A DNA stretch of 61,738 nt from assembly GCA_030679985.1 (NCBI GenBank), contig JAUXSI010000028.1:1-61738 (forward strand). The letters are read 5' to 3'. The notes under the pieces are model-generated. The model was given only the letters and a program-made list of their open reading frames with translations, was not told where the DNA came from and did not search any database. A program made the translations under genes and the position numbers. Below are positions 1-9,961 of the stretch, piece after piece; positions within the stretch are counted from its first letter, which is position 1, and every line of letters begins with the position of its first letter. The DNA comes from Candidatus Moraniibacteriota bacterium. Lineage in GTDB: Bacteria > Patescibacteriota > Minisyncoccia > Moranbacterales > UBA2206.

Positions 1-174
1 GGAGATAGTGGTACCAGCGCCAGCCGCACTCATCGACAAACCAGCCAAAGCAGAAAAGCTTGCCGCATCGCCAAGAGATGGCGCCGTAGCTGCATGTGCG
101 GTATTTGAATTAACCGAAACAAGTGAAGTTACGATAGCCACCATAGCTATTGAATACAGGCTGGGCTTTTGCAT
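1..174 (-). CDS. Partial (runs off window start) secreted protein, DUF3494/ice-binding-like
   Basis: Manual translation MQKPSLYSIAMVAIVTSLVSVNSNTAHAATAPSLGDAASFSALAG...: signal peptide (AHA) followed by an LGxAxSFxxLAG motif typical of the start of DUF3494. Confidence 0.6.
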   Translation of the reverse strand, partial: MQKPSLYSIAMVAIVTSLVSVNSNTAHAATAPSLGDAASFSALAGLSMSAAGAGTTIS

Positions 175-245
175 ATTTTTATTTATTATAATTTAAAAGA
201 CTTCGCTATTCTGTCCATATGGCCTATTTTCTTCGGGTAGTCTAC

Positions 246-656
246 CTATCTTGTTTTTAATCTCCTAACGGCCGGCTTTTTGGCTGTTTTAGCTAAATGA
301 GATGCATCCTTAACCACCTCTTGTTTTGCGGCAATAGCCAATTTACTCATTGATTTCCAATGTTTTTTGAGATCAGCTGCCAGTTCATCAATCTCCGGCT
401 GGCTGGCTTTTTTCCCTTGTTTATATTCCTTAGCTACCATATCAATAATTTCTTGATACACCGGTTCTGTGATTTCACGCGCCATTTCCAGTTTTTCTAC
501 GACCTCACCTTTCATTTTGATCGCCCAGGCCTTGGCTTGTTTTTGATGCTTCTTGCCTTTTGGTCCGAAGAAAAAATAGGCTGTCGCTGCCAGCCCGGCC
601 AGGCTCGCTCCAATTACTGCCAATTTAACCACTTTTGTTTTTTTCGCTTTTTGCAT
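246..656 (-). CDS. Hypothetical protein, N-terminal membrane anchor, YtxH-like
   Basis: 136 aa; TM segment then FFFGPKGKK and a basic helical region. Confidence 0.6.
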   Translation of the reverse strand: MQKAKKTKVVKLAVIGASLAGLAATAYFFFGPKGKKHQKQAKAWAIKMKGEVVEKLEMAREITEPVYQEIIDMVAKEYKQGKKASQPEIDELAADLKKHWKSMSKLAIAAKQEVVKDASHLAKTAKKPAVRRLKTR

Positions 657-755
657 AACGATTAGGCTTAAAAAAATTATTTTTTATATTTATAACTTAC
701 GCATTCTGACTTTGGTAGCAGTATTTTAAGAAAATCCCGTTTGATATCTTTATTT

Positions 756-1016
756 CTAGCCTTTTTTTGCATTGCGTCTTTTTCGTGCTGGCGGAAAAAA
801 CATCCGAAACAGCATATTGTCCGCTAATCGCTCTTTGAGATCGAGCACGAATTCTTCCGACTCCGCAAAATGATTTTGCAATTTTTCCGAAATCAAATAC
901 AAATTTTTTCCAGCCTTGATAAAATAAAACAGCGCCACAGAAAATAGCGCCGTCAATACCACTGTTGCGATAGAAGAAATAAAGAAAAAAATGTCAGCTT
1001 TTAAAAGTGTTTCCAT
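756..1016 (-). CDS. Small hypothetical membrane protein
   Basis: 86 aa, one N-terminal TM helix. Confidence 0.6.
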   Translation of the reverse strand: METLLKADIFFFISSIATVVLTALFSVALFYFIKAGKNLYLISEKLQNHFAESEEFVLDLKERLADNMLFRMFFPPARKRRNAKKG

Positions 1017-1102
1017 ACATATAACATACCATATTAATCCAGCTTGTCAAAGCGATTTAATCAAAAAAGTGCGTATCAAAAAAAACGTATCAAAAAAATG
1101 AT

Positions 1103-1363
1103 TTATTTTTTCTTTTTTCCTTCATCTTTCTTAGCGGAAGATTCTTCGTCTATTTTCAGGATATATACGCTGATAAAGACCAGGAGTATTGTTATGACAA
1201 TCGCATAAATGAATTTGGCGATCATCCCGCCAGTGCTCATCGGAAAGAATCTCTCGATTAAAGCCTTGATGGCTTCATTCCAAGCCAGACCGGCCACCAG
1301 TCCGAAAGCGGTGGTGATATAACTGAATGATTTATTGCGCAGCTCTTCTTTGAATTTTTGCAT
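1103..1363 (-). CDS. DUF5654-like small membrane protein
   Basis: AFGLVAGLAWNEAIK motif, two TM helices. Confidence 0.7.
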   Translation of the reverse strand: MQKFKEELRNKSFSYITTAFGLVAGLAWNEAIKALIERFFPMSTGGMIAKFIYAIVITILLVFISVYILKIDEESSAKKDEGKKKK

Positions 1364-1458
1364 AATTTTTTTATTGCTGGCTATCTATGGTTTTAAATTA
1401 TAGCAGAAAAGGTGGAATAAAAAAACTACCCGTGAGGATAGCTTTCTTATACTGAAGA

Positions 1459-3243
1459 TTATTGTTTCCGTTCGTGCCTCCGTCTCTCCACTTCGGTCAA
1501 ATACTGCTTTCTCAAGCGGACTGATTTCGGAGTGATTTCCAAATATTCATCGGCACCCATAATTTCCAAGCCGATTTCGATAGAAATTTCATGATGCGGC
1601 ACCAACTGCAAAGCTTCATCCGCGCCGGAAGAACGCATATTGGACAATTGCTTGCCTTTGGTCGGATTGACCGCCATATCCAAACCTTTGGACGTGTCGC
1701 CGATGACCATCCCTTCGTAGACTTCCGTAGCCGGTGCGATATACAATGATCCCCTGTCTTGCAAATTGGCCAAAGAAAATCCCAAGGCTTTGCCGCTGGT
1801 CATCGAAACCATCGCGCCAGCCGATCTTCTTTGGATTTCCCCGGCAAATGGCCGGAAGCCGATGACCCGGGAAGACATAATGCCTTCACCCTTAGTGTCG
1901 ATCACGAACTCACCGCGATAACCCAGAAGTCCGCGGGTCGGACCTTCGAATATCAGTCGGCTCTGGCCGTTGGTCTGTTTCATATTGGTCATAATCGATT
2001 TTCGCCGACCCATCTTTTCAATGATCGTTCCAGCGGAAACATCCGGCACGTCGATCGTCACTTCCTCAAAAGGCTCTGATTTTATTCCGTCAATTTCCTT
2101 GATGATGACTTGCGGCTGGGACACTTGCAGTTCATAACCTTCGCGGCGCATATTTTCCAGCAAAATCGCGATGTGCAATTCGCCGCGGCCATAGACCTTG
2201 TAGTGATCGCCTTCAAAATCGATATGCAAACCGACGTTGATTTCCAATTCCTTTTCCAGTCTCTCGCGGATCTGCTTGTTGGTCACGAACTTCCCTTCCC
2301 GTCCGGCGAACGGCGAATCATTAACGATGAAGTTCAGGGAGATGGTCGGCTCGTCGATATGGATGGCCGGCAAGGCTTCCTGCTCGGGATTCTCACAAAC
2401 CGTTTCCCCGATAAAAATATCCGCCAAGCCCGCGATCATCACGATGTCGCCGGCTACGGCCTCTTTGACTTCTTTGCGTTCGGTGCCATGGAAAGTATAC
2501 AGCTTGGTAATCCGGCCGGTCCGGGTTTCACCGGTCGGCTTTTTGGCTACCACGGATTGACCGTCTTTCAAGGTCCCTTCGTAGATACGTCCCACCGCCA
2601 TCCGGCCCAAAAAATTGTCATAACCTAGATTGAAAGCCTGCATCCGAAGCGGAGCGGCTACGTCGCCATCGGCGTGCTTGACTTTGGCGATGATGGTTTC
2701 CAGAAGCGGGGTCAGGTCATGACCCTCGTCGTCCATATGCAGTTTCGCGATACCTTCGCGTCCGATCGCATACACTACCGGAAAATCCAGCTGCTCATCA
2801 TTGGCGCCCAGATCCAAAAACAATTCGAAGACCTCTTCCTGCACGATGTCAGGTTGCGCCGCCGGTTTGTCGATCTTATTGATGACCACGATCGGTTTGA
2901 GCCCCAGCTCCAAAGATTTTTTCAAGACGAATCTGGTTTGCGGCATCGGCCCCTCTTGCGCATCCACGACCAAAACCACCGAGTCGATCGAACGCAATAC
3001 GCGCTCGACTTCCGAACCGAAGTCGGCATGGCCCGGCGTGTCCACGATATTGATTTTCGTATCCTTGTAAAAAATCGAAGTGTTTTTGGCATAAATCGTG
3101 ATGCCACGCTCCTTTTCCAAGGTGTTGGAGTCCATACTGACGGACTCGTCGGTCACCATCCCGGTCTGGCGCAAAATAGCGTCAGTCAAGGTGGTTTTGC
3201 CATGATCCACATGGGCGATAATCGCGATATTTCTGATTTCCAT
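1459..3243 (-). CDS. typA: Translational GTPase TypA/BipA
   Basis: [29 protein letters not shown] and C-terminal [11 protein letters not shown]. Confidence 0.97.
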   Translation of the reverse strand: MEIRNIAIIAHVDHGKTTLTDAILRQTGMVTDESVSMDSNTLEKERGITIYAKNTSIFYKDTKINIVDTPGHADFGSEVERVLRSIDSVVLVVDAQEGPMPQTRFVLKKSLELGLKPIVVINKIDKPAAQPDIVQEEVFELFLDLGANDEQLDFPVVYAIGREGIAKLHMDDEGHDLTPLLETIIAKVKHADGDVAAPLRMQAFNLGYDNFLGRMAVGRIYEGTLKDGQSVVAKKPTGETRTGRITKLYTFHGTERKEVKEAVAGDIVMIAGLADIFIGETVCENPEQEALPAIHIDEPTISLNFIVNDSPFAGREGKFVTNKQIRERLEKELEINVGLHIDFEGDHYKVYGRGELHIAILLENMRREGYELQVSQPQVIIKEIDGIKSEPFEEVTIDVPDVSAGTIIEKMGRRKSIMTNMKQTNGQSRLIFEGPTRGLLGYRGEFVIDTKGEGIMSSRVIGFRPFAGEIQRRSAGAMVSMTSGKALGFSLANLQDRGSLYIAPATEVYEGMVIGDTSKGLDMAVNPTKGKQLSNMRSSGADEALQLVPHHEISIEIGLEIMGADEYLEITPKSVRLRKQYLTEVERRRHERKQ

Positions 3244-3246
3244 AGT

Positions 3247-3411
3247 TCTGCAAATTACAAATATTTTACAAATTTACAAATGTACAAATATTTTTCATTA
3301 TTTAATATACTTTTTAAAAACCTGCTTCGTCTCCGCTCTAAGGAATTAAGTGAAAATTTACAAATACAATTTGTATATTCGTAAATTCGTACTTGATTCA
3401 TAATTCGTAGA
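3247..3411 (-). repeat. AT-rich periodic (TACAAAT/ATTCGTA) long inverted repeat in typA 5' leader
   Basis: Arms ~3247-3289 and ~3369-3411 pair using G-U wobbles on the minus strand. Confidence 0.65.
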
Positions 3412-3461
3412 AATTAAAAAACTGCCGTTAACCAGCAGAAACAAGTTGATCTACTTCAAAA

Positions 3462-3490
3462 AGTATAGCTTTTTCTTGGAATTTTGTCAA
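3462..3490 (-). promoter_or_regulatory. Sigma70-type promoter of typA
   Basis: TTGACA-17 bp-TATACT on minus strand. Confidence 0.75.
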
Positions 3491-3491
3491 T

Positions 3492-3773
3492 AAAAAAGCT
3501 GAGGATTGGGCCCGGAAGTGAATGAGGGACACTTCCTGAAGGCGGATAATATCCGCCCAATCCTCAGCAAACCCTTGATTATGCCAGCCCATTGAATGAA
3601 CGCCGGGTTTAACGTTCAGTGGCTGATGCGCCTAGCGTCGCAACCGTCCCAAGGAAAGGCCTCAGGCTTCTCCCAATGCCTACGCACAGCCGGCATTCCT
3701 TAGGAAAATCCCATACCGGATGGGAGCGCGCCAGCGAGCAATATCGCCTGAAAAGGCAATCCGCAAGCTCGCC
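3492..3773 (-). ncRNA. Candidate stand-alone structured ncRNA (~280 nt), family unassigned
   Basis: GC-rich multi-hairpin intergenic segment; upstream TTGCTT...TGcTAGATT promoter-like motif; 13-bp closing stem GCTGAGGATTGGG/CCCAATCCTCAGC followed by a U-tract. Confidence 0.55.
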
Positions 3774-3865
3774 ATTTACAATCTAGCATACGGCTCCGAA
3801 AAAGCAAATCAAAAAGCAGCCTGTGGACGACTGCTTTGGACGGCTGTTTTTTTGCTTTCCGGCGA

Positions 3866-4066
3866 TTATTTTTTCCGGCCAGTATCAATTCCGAAAACCT
3901 TATACAGCGCGCAAAAACCGGTAATAGCGGTCAGGATTAAAACCACACCGACCGCATAGAGTGTCGCCGTAAATCCGTTAGCTTCCAACAGGAAGGCTGC
4001 CGCGACTAATGCGATTCCCACAACCGCCCGGATAATCCGGTCGGCTCCGCTTTCGTTTTTTACCAT
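3866..4066 (-). CDS. DUF2892 (YgaP-like) small membrane protein
   Basis: NESGADRIIR...GFCALYKVFGIDT signature. Confidence 0.85.
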   Translation of the reverse strand: MVKNESGADRIIRAVVGIALVAAAFLLEANGFTATLYAVGVVLILTAITGFCALYKVFGIDTGRKK

Positions 4067-4082
4067 ATTTTTAAAAAATCAC

Positions 4083-4460
4083 TTATTTTTCTTCTTCGGT
4101 TTTGATTTCATTGGTCTTTTTGAATTTGACCACGTACGTCGGCTCGTATTTGTTACTGAATTCATCCACCACTTCGACTGTTTTGCCGTCCATCAAGGTC
4201 GTCATCGCGATGTCGTTCAAAAGTTCTTCATTAGCCGCCACCTCGCTTTTGAGATCCTCGTATTTCTCATAGGACTTGCCCATCGCGTTCTGCACCCGGG
4301 TTTCGATCTGCTTCTTCTTGTCACGCAGCTCCTTGGATTTTTCCACGATTTCGGTATAGTCATCGGTCTGCGCCAGCGCATCCTTATACATCTCGCGGAT
4401 GCCCTTCATTTCTTTTTTCATCTCGCGGATCTCATTGAATACGGTTTGCATGTCTTGCAT
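4083..4460 (-). CDS. Hypothetical coiled-coil protein
   Basis: 125 aa charged helical ORF with AT-rich leader. Confidence 0.7.
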   Translation of the reverse strand: MQDMQTVFNEIREMKKEMKGIREMYKDALAQTDDYTEIVEKSKELRDKKKQIETRVQNAMGKSYEKYEDLKSEVAANEELLNDIAMTTLMDGKTVEVVDEFSNKYEPTYVVKFKKTNEIKTEEEK

Positions 4461-4544
4461 AGTAAATATGTTTTTAATAAATTAGCATTGCTTAAGCTTA
4501 TCATATTCCTGAGCTTAAGAAAATACCTTAATCCTAATTTCCGG

Positions 4545-5762
4545 CTATTCATACCGCAACGCGTCTATCGGACTCATCGCCGCGGCTTTGCGGGCCGGAT
4601 AGAAGCCGAAGATTATACCTACCGCCGCGGAAACGCCGAAGGCCAGCAAGATTGAAGACAGTGAAACCTCCGCCTCCAGATTTATGATATTGGAAATCAC
4701 CCAAGAAGCGATCCAGCCCAACAATATCCCCATAGCTCCGCCCAGAAAAGTCAGGACGATGGCTTCCGCCAGAAATTGCAGGTTGATATAGATTTTGCGG
4801 ATACCGACCGCTTTGCGCAGTCCGATTTCGCGCGTCCGTTCCGTGACGGTCGTCAGCATCATATTCATAATCCCGATCCCTCCCACCAAAAGCGAGATGC
4901 CGGCAATCGAAGACAGCAAGACCGTAAATGTGCCGGTGATGCTGGACGCGGTCGCCACGATATCTGATTGGTTTATGGTGCTGAAATCAGCCTGGGCCGG
5001 ATCGGTTATCTTATGGCGCGCCAAAAGCAGATCAGTGATTTGTTGCTGGGCGGACGCGATGGAATTTTGGTCGGAAGCCGCCACGCTGATCGAAGAGACA
5101 TATTCATCCCCCGACAAAAAATGCTGGGCGGAAGTCAGCGGGATATAAATTGAGTCATCCGGATTGGAAAATCCCGAACCGCCCTTGGAGAGCATCACGC
5201 CGACGACTTCGAAATCGATATTCTGGATGCGGATGGACTTGCCGATCGGATCGACATCCGCGCCGAACAAATCATCCCGCGCCGTCGAACCCAAAACCGC
5301 GACCTTGGCTGATGTCTTGACTTGCTGTTCGGTCACGAATGTCCCGGAATCGATACTGATATTGCGCACTGCCGGATATGCCGGTACGGTCCCGATGATT
5401 TGCGTATTGGTATTGTTGCTTTTGGCAGTCACCTGGTACCGCCGGGAAACTTCCGGCGCCACGCCCTGCAGGTCCGTTATTCCGGCGGCAATCGCGTTAG
5501 CGTCTTCAAAAGTCAACGTCTGCGCGCTGCCCCGCCCGCCGCTCAAACCGCTGCCGCTTCTTTGGGCGCCGGGTGAAATCACGATCAAATTCGAACCGAT
5601 CGCCTGGATATTGGCCTCGATCGAATTCTGCGCGCCTTGCCCGATCGCCACCAAGGCAATCACCGAAGCGATGCCGATTATGATACCCAGCATCGTCAAA
5701 CCGGACCGGACCTTGTTGCCGGCCAGCGACCAGATAGTTTCTTTGAATAAATCCCTGAACAT
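4545..5762 (-). CDS. ABC transporter permease, MacB/FtsX family
   Basis: RSGLTMLGIIIG, GGIGIMNMML, ERTREIGLRKAVG, PIDALRYE. Confidence 0.93.
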   Translation of the reverse strand: MFRDLFKETIWSLAGNKVRSGLTMLGIIIGIASVIALVAIGQGAQNSIEANIQAIGSNLIVISPGAQRSGSGLSGGRGSAQTLTFEDANAIAAGITDLQGVAPEVSRRYQVTAKSNNTNTQIIGTVPAYPAVRNISIDSGTFVTEQQVKTSAKVAVLGSTARDDLFGADVDPIGKSIRIQNIDFEVVGVMLSKGGSGFSNPDDSIYIPLTSAQHFLSGDEYVSSISVAASDQNSIASAQQQITDLLLARHKITDPAQADFSTINQSDIVATASSITGTFTVLLSSIAGISLLVGGIGIMNMMLTTVTERTREIGLRKAVGIRKIYINLQFLAEAIVLTFLGGAMGILLGWIASWVISNIINLEAEVSLSSILLAFGVSAAVGIIFGFYPARKAAAMSPIDALRYE

Positions 5763-5836
5763 ATTTTTTACAGCTAACGGTTGAAATATTTTTTTATCAG
5801 CAAACCTTCTTTATCGCACGGATTATCAATAATCAC

Positions 5837-6526
5837 TTATGCATTATGACCGACTTTCACATCAGACTCGATCAATCCGTCACGGACCGAGATTATACGG
5901 TCCGTCAGGTCGGCGATTTCTTTTTCGTGGGTGATGATTATGATCGTGTGTCCCTTGCTGTTGAGTTCGCGCAAGGTCTCCATCACGATATGGCTGGTTT
6001 TCGTATCCAAGTTTCCCGTCGGCTCATCCGCCAAAATAATTGAAGGATTGTTAATGAGCGAACGGGCGATGGCTACGCGCTGCATTTGGCCGCCTGATAA
6101 CTGATTGGAAAGGTTATGGAACTTGTTTTCCTCCATCCCGGCGTAACGCAAGCATTTTCTGGCCCGCTCCTCCCGCTCTTTCGGGGATATGTTCGAATAT
6201 ACCAGGGGCAACATCACATTGCGCAAGACCGTGGCCCGCGGCAATAGATTGAAAGCCTGGAAAACGAACCCGATCTTGTTTCGGCGCAAATCCGACAATT
6301 CATCGTCATCCAACTGGGAAACTTCCGCGCCGTCCAAAAAATACTGTCCGCCGGTCGGCGAATCCAACGCGCCCAAAATGTGCATCAAAGTGGATTTTCC
6401 GGAACCGGACGGACCGATGATGGACACGAACTCGCCTTTTTCGATCCTGAAGGAAACGCCCCTCAAAGCGGTCGTTTCCACATCGCCGTTGCGATAAATT
6501 TTTACTAAATCTCTACACTCAATCAT
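5837..6526 (-). CDS. ABC transporter ATP-binding protein (MacB/LolD type)
   Basis: GPSGSGKST, LSGGQMQRVAIAR, ADEPTGNLD. Confidence 0.95.
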   Translation of the reverse strand: MIECRDLVKIYRNGDVETTALRGVSFRIEKGEFVSIIGPSGSGKSTLMHILGALDSPTGGQYFLDGAEVSQLDDDELSDLRRNKIGFVFQAFNLLPRATVLRNVMLPLVYSNISPKEREERARKCLRYAGMEENKFHNLSNQLSGGQMQRVAIARSLINNPSIILADEPTGNLDTKTSHIVMETLRELNSKGHTIIIITHEKEIADLTDRIISVRDGLIESDVKVGHNA

Positions 6527-6539
6527 ATTTATTAAGCAC

Positions 6540-6665
6540 TAAACTCTAAATTACAAATCCTAAACAAATTCCAAATCATAAATTTAAAAACTAAAACTAT
6601 TTTTTAATTTATTATTTTGGTCATTATAATTTGTTTAGGATTTGAGATTTTAAATTTTGGATTTC
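6540..6665. repeat. AT-rich long imperfect inverted repeat within operon
   Basis: Perfect 17-bp IR CAAATCCTAAACAAATT (6554-6570) / AATTTGTTTAGGATTTG (6628-6644) with ~7-nt periodic flanks. Confidence 0.7.
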
Positions 6666-6671
6666 CAATAT

Positions 6672-7763
6672 TTATCCTCCGAGCCTGCTGCCGCCCAGTC
6701 CCGGCAATCTGATGCCGCTGCTGTTCCCTCCCGAGGTCGCCGTGCCGGACGCATCCGCATTGATGGTCTGGATGACAACGATATCACCGACATCCAATCC
6801 GCCGGTTATTTCCGTTTCTGAATTATTAGTCAGGCCGATTTCGACCGGCACTTGCCGCGGAGTCGTCCCGTCGTCCAGCGTCTCGACATAATTGCTGCCA
6901 TTCCGCGTTCTTATGGCGCTGTTGGGCACGGTGATGACATCCTGTTTGGCACCCGTGATGACGGAAGCGGAAACGCTCATCCCCGGCTTCAGCAACTCAT
7001 TCTGGTTATCAAAAGAAATTTCAGCGTCATAGGAAACGACATTCTGACTCGTCTGGCCGATCGTATCGATCTTGGCCACTTTACCGGTGATCGTCGCGTC
7101 GGAAAGCGCGCTTATTTTTATCGTGACCTTATTGCCGACCTTCACTTGGGCGGCATCAATCTCATTGATGGAAACCCTGGCCTGGACATCCTTGGTGATG
7201 ACCGAAGCCAGCACATCCGAACGGGAAACCGAATCCCCCGCTTCGACGCTGAGCCCGGTGACGATTCCGTCAAAAGGCGCCCGGATATAATAATCATTTA
7301 ATTTTTCGCGCGCATCCGCCAAGGAGTTCCTGCTTTGTTCCAAAGATACCCGCTGTCCTTCCAGACTCAGTTTGTTTATCGATTCGTGATCAAAATCCCT
7401 CTTGGCCTGGGTGTATTTAGCCTTCGCGCTCTCCAGACCCAATTCCGCGTTCCGCACGGTTTTTTGCGCGTCTTCATTATCCAGCAGGGCGATCAGTTCG
7501 CCCTTTTTTACCGCCTGTTCATTTTTCACATAGACGCTTATGACATCGATCGCATCACCGGCCACGACCGGTTTCAAATCTACCTGACTTACCGCTTCCG
7601 CTTGTCCACTGCCAGAAACCGAAGTTATCAGATTCCCCTTTCCGACTACCACGGTCTTATACCGCACCGCTTCAACTTCCGGATGCGTCTTAGCGTACCA
7701 ATAATAGCTTCCCCCGGCTATCACCAGCGCGGCCACGATCCAAAGATAATGTTTTTTCGCCAT
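6672..7763 (-). CDS. Efflux periplasmic adaptor (MacA/HlyD family)
   Basis: N-terminal TM, IRAPFDGIV, LKPGMSV, VPNSAI. Confidence 0.9.
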   Translation of the reverse strand: MAKKHYLWIVAALVIAGGSYYWYAKTHPEVEAVRYKTVVVGKGNLITSVSGSGQAEAVSQVDLKPVVAGDAIDVISVYVKNEQAVKKGELIALLDNEDAQKTVRNAELGLESAKAKYTQAKRDFDHESINKLSLEGQRVSLEQSRNSLADAREKLNDYYIRAPFDGIVTGLSVEAGDSVSRSDVLASVITKDVQARVSINEIDAAQVKVGNKVTIKISALSDATITGKVAKIDTIGQTSQNVVSYDAEISFDNQNELLKPGMSVSASVITGAKQDVITVPNSAIRTRNGSNYVETLDDGTTPRQVPVEIGLTNNSETEITGGLDVGDIVVIQTINADASGTATSGGNSSGIRLPGLGGSRLGG

Positions 7764-7764
7764 A

Positions 7765-8286
7765 TCAGTTGGTTTGATTATTATTAAATACCCGGATCAA
7801 GCTGGCATTTATGACCCCACTATCATCAGGACTGCCCATAACCACGATCTGGTCATCCGCTTTCAAATCGCCCACCTTCAAATCGTCCTGGCGGGATTTT
7901 ATCAATGTCTTATCATTGACCGCGACAGTATATTCCTTATTATCTCTGTCTTTGACGATTATATTATTATCCGTGACGGAAATGACGGTTCCGGCCAACC
8001 CGTGGCCATTGCGCAAATCGCGTCCTTCCAATTGACGCATCATCTTATCGGGATATCTTGATCCATCAAAAAATCCAGGTCCGCCCATCGGCCCCGGTCC
8101 GCCGTCAAAGCGCGGCCCCATAAAATTGCGTTCATAATTCCGGCCGAAATCCGCCGAAAACCTAGCTTTGTGCAAACCGACTGCCACGCCGGTTCCGAAG
8201 CTGACAACTGCGACCAAAAATACGCCGACGACAGCGGCGATGGTTTTAAATGTTTTGGATCGGATGAATTCTTGCATATTTTTCAT
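7765..8286 (-). CDS. Membrane-anchored protein with DUF5666-like beta domain
   Basis: TM helix, Gly/Pro-rich linker, GTVISV...DLKADDQIVVMG. Confidence 0.6.
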   Translation of the reverse strand: MKNMQEFIRSKTFKTIAAVVGVFLVAVVSFGTGVAVGLHKARFSADFGRNYERNFMGPRFDGGPGPMGGPGFFDGSRYPDKMMRQLEGRDLRNGHGLAGTVISVTDNNIIVKDRDNKEYTVAVNDKTLIKSRQDDLKVGDLKADDQIVVMGSPDDSGVINASLIRVFNNNQTN

Positions 8287-8300
8287 ATAATAATTACGCT

Positions 8301-8699
8301 TTAAATGTATTTATGCTTATGGTTAGCCTCCAGATATACGCTAAAAGAAAATAGCAGGACCGTTACTGGTGCCAAAATAGCGACCACGCTGACCGTCGGG
8401 AAAGTTTCCATCAAAGAATAAGCGAATTCGTTCCAGTTTTGCGCCACCACCCACATATCGGAAAAAGCCAAGGAAACCAGGTTCCAAAATTCCGATTGCC
8501 AAACCGCATCGCCAAAAACAAAAACAGCTGCCAAAAAAACCGCCATCGAAAATCCCAGTCCCAAACGGGAAACCAGCAATTTCCTTCTGACAGCCCTGTC
8601 TTTTTCCCTCGCCACAGCCTGAAAAATCCGGCCCTCAAGCTCGGAAGACGGATGAATTTCCGCCATATTACTAAAAATTTCGTGCAATTTGTAATCCAT
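8301..8699 (-). CDS. Putative anti-sigma-like membrane protein
   Basis: Short cytoplasmic N-terminus (PSSELEGRIF) plus 2 TM helices; heads the efflux operon downstream of an ECF sigma. Confidence 0.5.
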   Translation of the reverse strand: MDYKLHEIFSNMAEIHPSSELEGRIFQAVAREKDRAVRRKLLVSRLGLGFSMAVFLAAVFVFGDAVWQSEFWNLVSLAFSDMWVVAQNWNEFAYSLMETFPTVSVVAILAPVTVLLFSFSVYLEANHKHKYI

Positions 8700-8880
8700 A
8701 TACTAATAATACGACCAACTCGCCTGAACGGACGCGCCTATTAAAAAAGACGTTTCTACTGATATAGGCACATCAGCTACGCCCTCTCGTATGCCTATAT
8801 ATAAAAAAATAATGATTTAAATTTTTATTTATAAAGAAAAAGAAAACCGCTCATACAGACACGATTTTCTGTTGAGCGGT

Positions 8881-9528
8881 TTAGGCCCTGAAGTCTACAA
8901 AGCCCCTAATCCTGCAGGCGAAGCATTTTTTATCAGCTGGGGCCGAGGTAGATATCTTATGAATATCCCAATCTCCTGCTCCATGACGCTTCAATCTCAG
9001 TACATATCTTTTCCCATCTGGACCTCTGAAGACTTGTCCAGCAAAAATAAATTCTGAGATTCCAACCTCGCCATATTCAAACTCGAGGCGAGATTTTTCT
9101 TTATGAACACCTACATCAATGATTAGAGACAGAGCTGTATTGAGGCCGAGAAGAACACGATTATCTACTGTTTTCAGAATAGATGTTCGTTGCTCTTCTA
9201 TTGTGTGACTTTCTTCCGAACACAAACTCATAAGATAGAGTTTGCTTTGTAGAAAAGGACGGGTATCTCTATCCTCCTCCCCCGAAAGACCATCACCATC
9301 AATAGGGCCTTTCCAGACAGTAAAACCCTTTCCGAGAAACTCACCATGGCCAGCGATATCACAAATGACCAATTGCTCATTTCTCATTTCTACCGCGTTG
9401 GAAAATAAAGCAATGGCCTCTTTAGGATGCTGGATGACCCATTGAGCATCTTCTGTGTTCAATGAATCAAGCTCACTCTGATGTTCAACTAATCTACCAA
9501 ACAATGTACTGATCTGTTTTGCGTTCAT
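8881..9528 (-). CDS. Hypothetical protein (ORFan-like)
   Basis: AAGGAGG SD before ATG 9528; TTGACA-17-TAACAT promoter at ~9646-9674. Confidence 0.7.
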   Translation of the reverse strand: MNAKQISTLFGRLVEHQSELDSLNTEDAQWVIQHPKEAIALFSNAVEMRNEQLVICDIAGHGEFLGKGFTVWKGPIDGDGLSGEEDRDTRPFLQSKLYLMSLCSEESHTIEEQRTSILKTVDNRVLLGLNTALSLIIDVGVHKEKSRLEFEYGEVGISEFIFAGQVFRGPDGKRYVLRLKRHGAGDWDIHKISTSAPADKKCFACRIRGFVDFRA

Positions 9529-9820
9529 TGTTGCCTCCTTTTGAACGTGTTTACAGAAAAAATTGCAATAAATTGCCAATCAGTTTATTGCAATAGAAAA
9601 AGATTTAATAATCACTTTCTAATATAATAAACATTGAACTAAAAATGTTATCACATAATTATTTTTTTGTCAAATATAGACAGTACGGAAGACTACAACA
9701 AGCCTTTAAATACGAACTGCTACCCCAAACAATAAATATAGTATTAAAATTACTTAATTTTGCACTACAAAAAGAGAGCACAGCATGCAATAAGAAACTT
9801 TTACAAGCCCTCTTTCATTA

Positions 9821-9888
9821 GCCCGCTTAATAGCCTGGCTTTCGGACTTTCAACGTATCATCTTCGCACGGCCGTGTGAAGATGATAC
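9821..9888. repeat. Palindromic element copy 1
   Basis: 34-bp hairpin core GTATCATCTTCGCACGGCCGTGTGAAGATGATAC (9855-9888); 52/68 identical to 10819-10886. Confidence 0.85.
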
Positions 9889-9961
9889 ATCGCAAAAAAC
9901 TATTGGGCAAAATATAAAAAAGCGGGGCTAGCCGTGAAATCCACGGACTAGCCCCCTTGCA

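Noticed and set aside
1759..3384. Long antisense ORFs over typA (and similarly over ABC-F, RND, metK, purC)
   Set aside because: Shadow ORFs opposite well-supported genes, with no motifs
3645..3800. RNase P-like AGGAAAGGCC (+ strand) and group II intron domain V-like GAGCCGTATGC (- strand)
   Set aside because: The partner conserved segments (P4 3' strand; rest of domain V) are absent on the same strand
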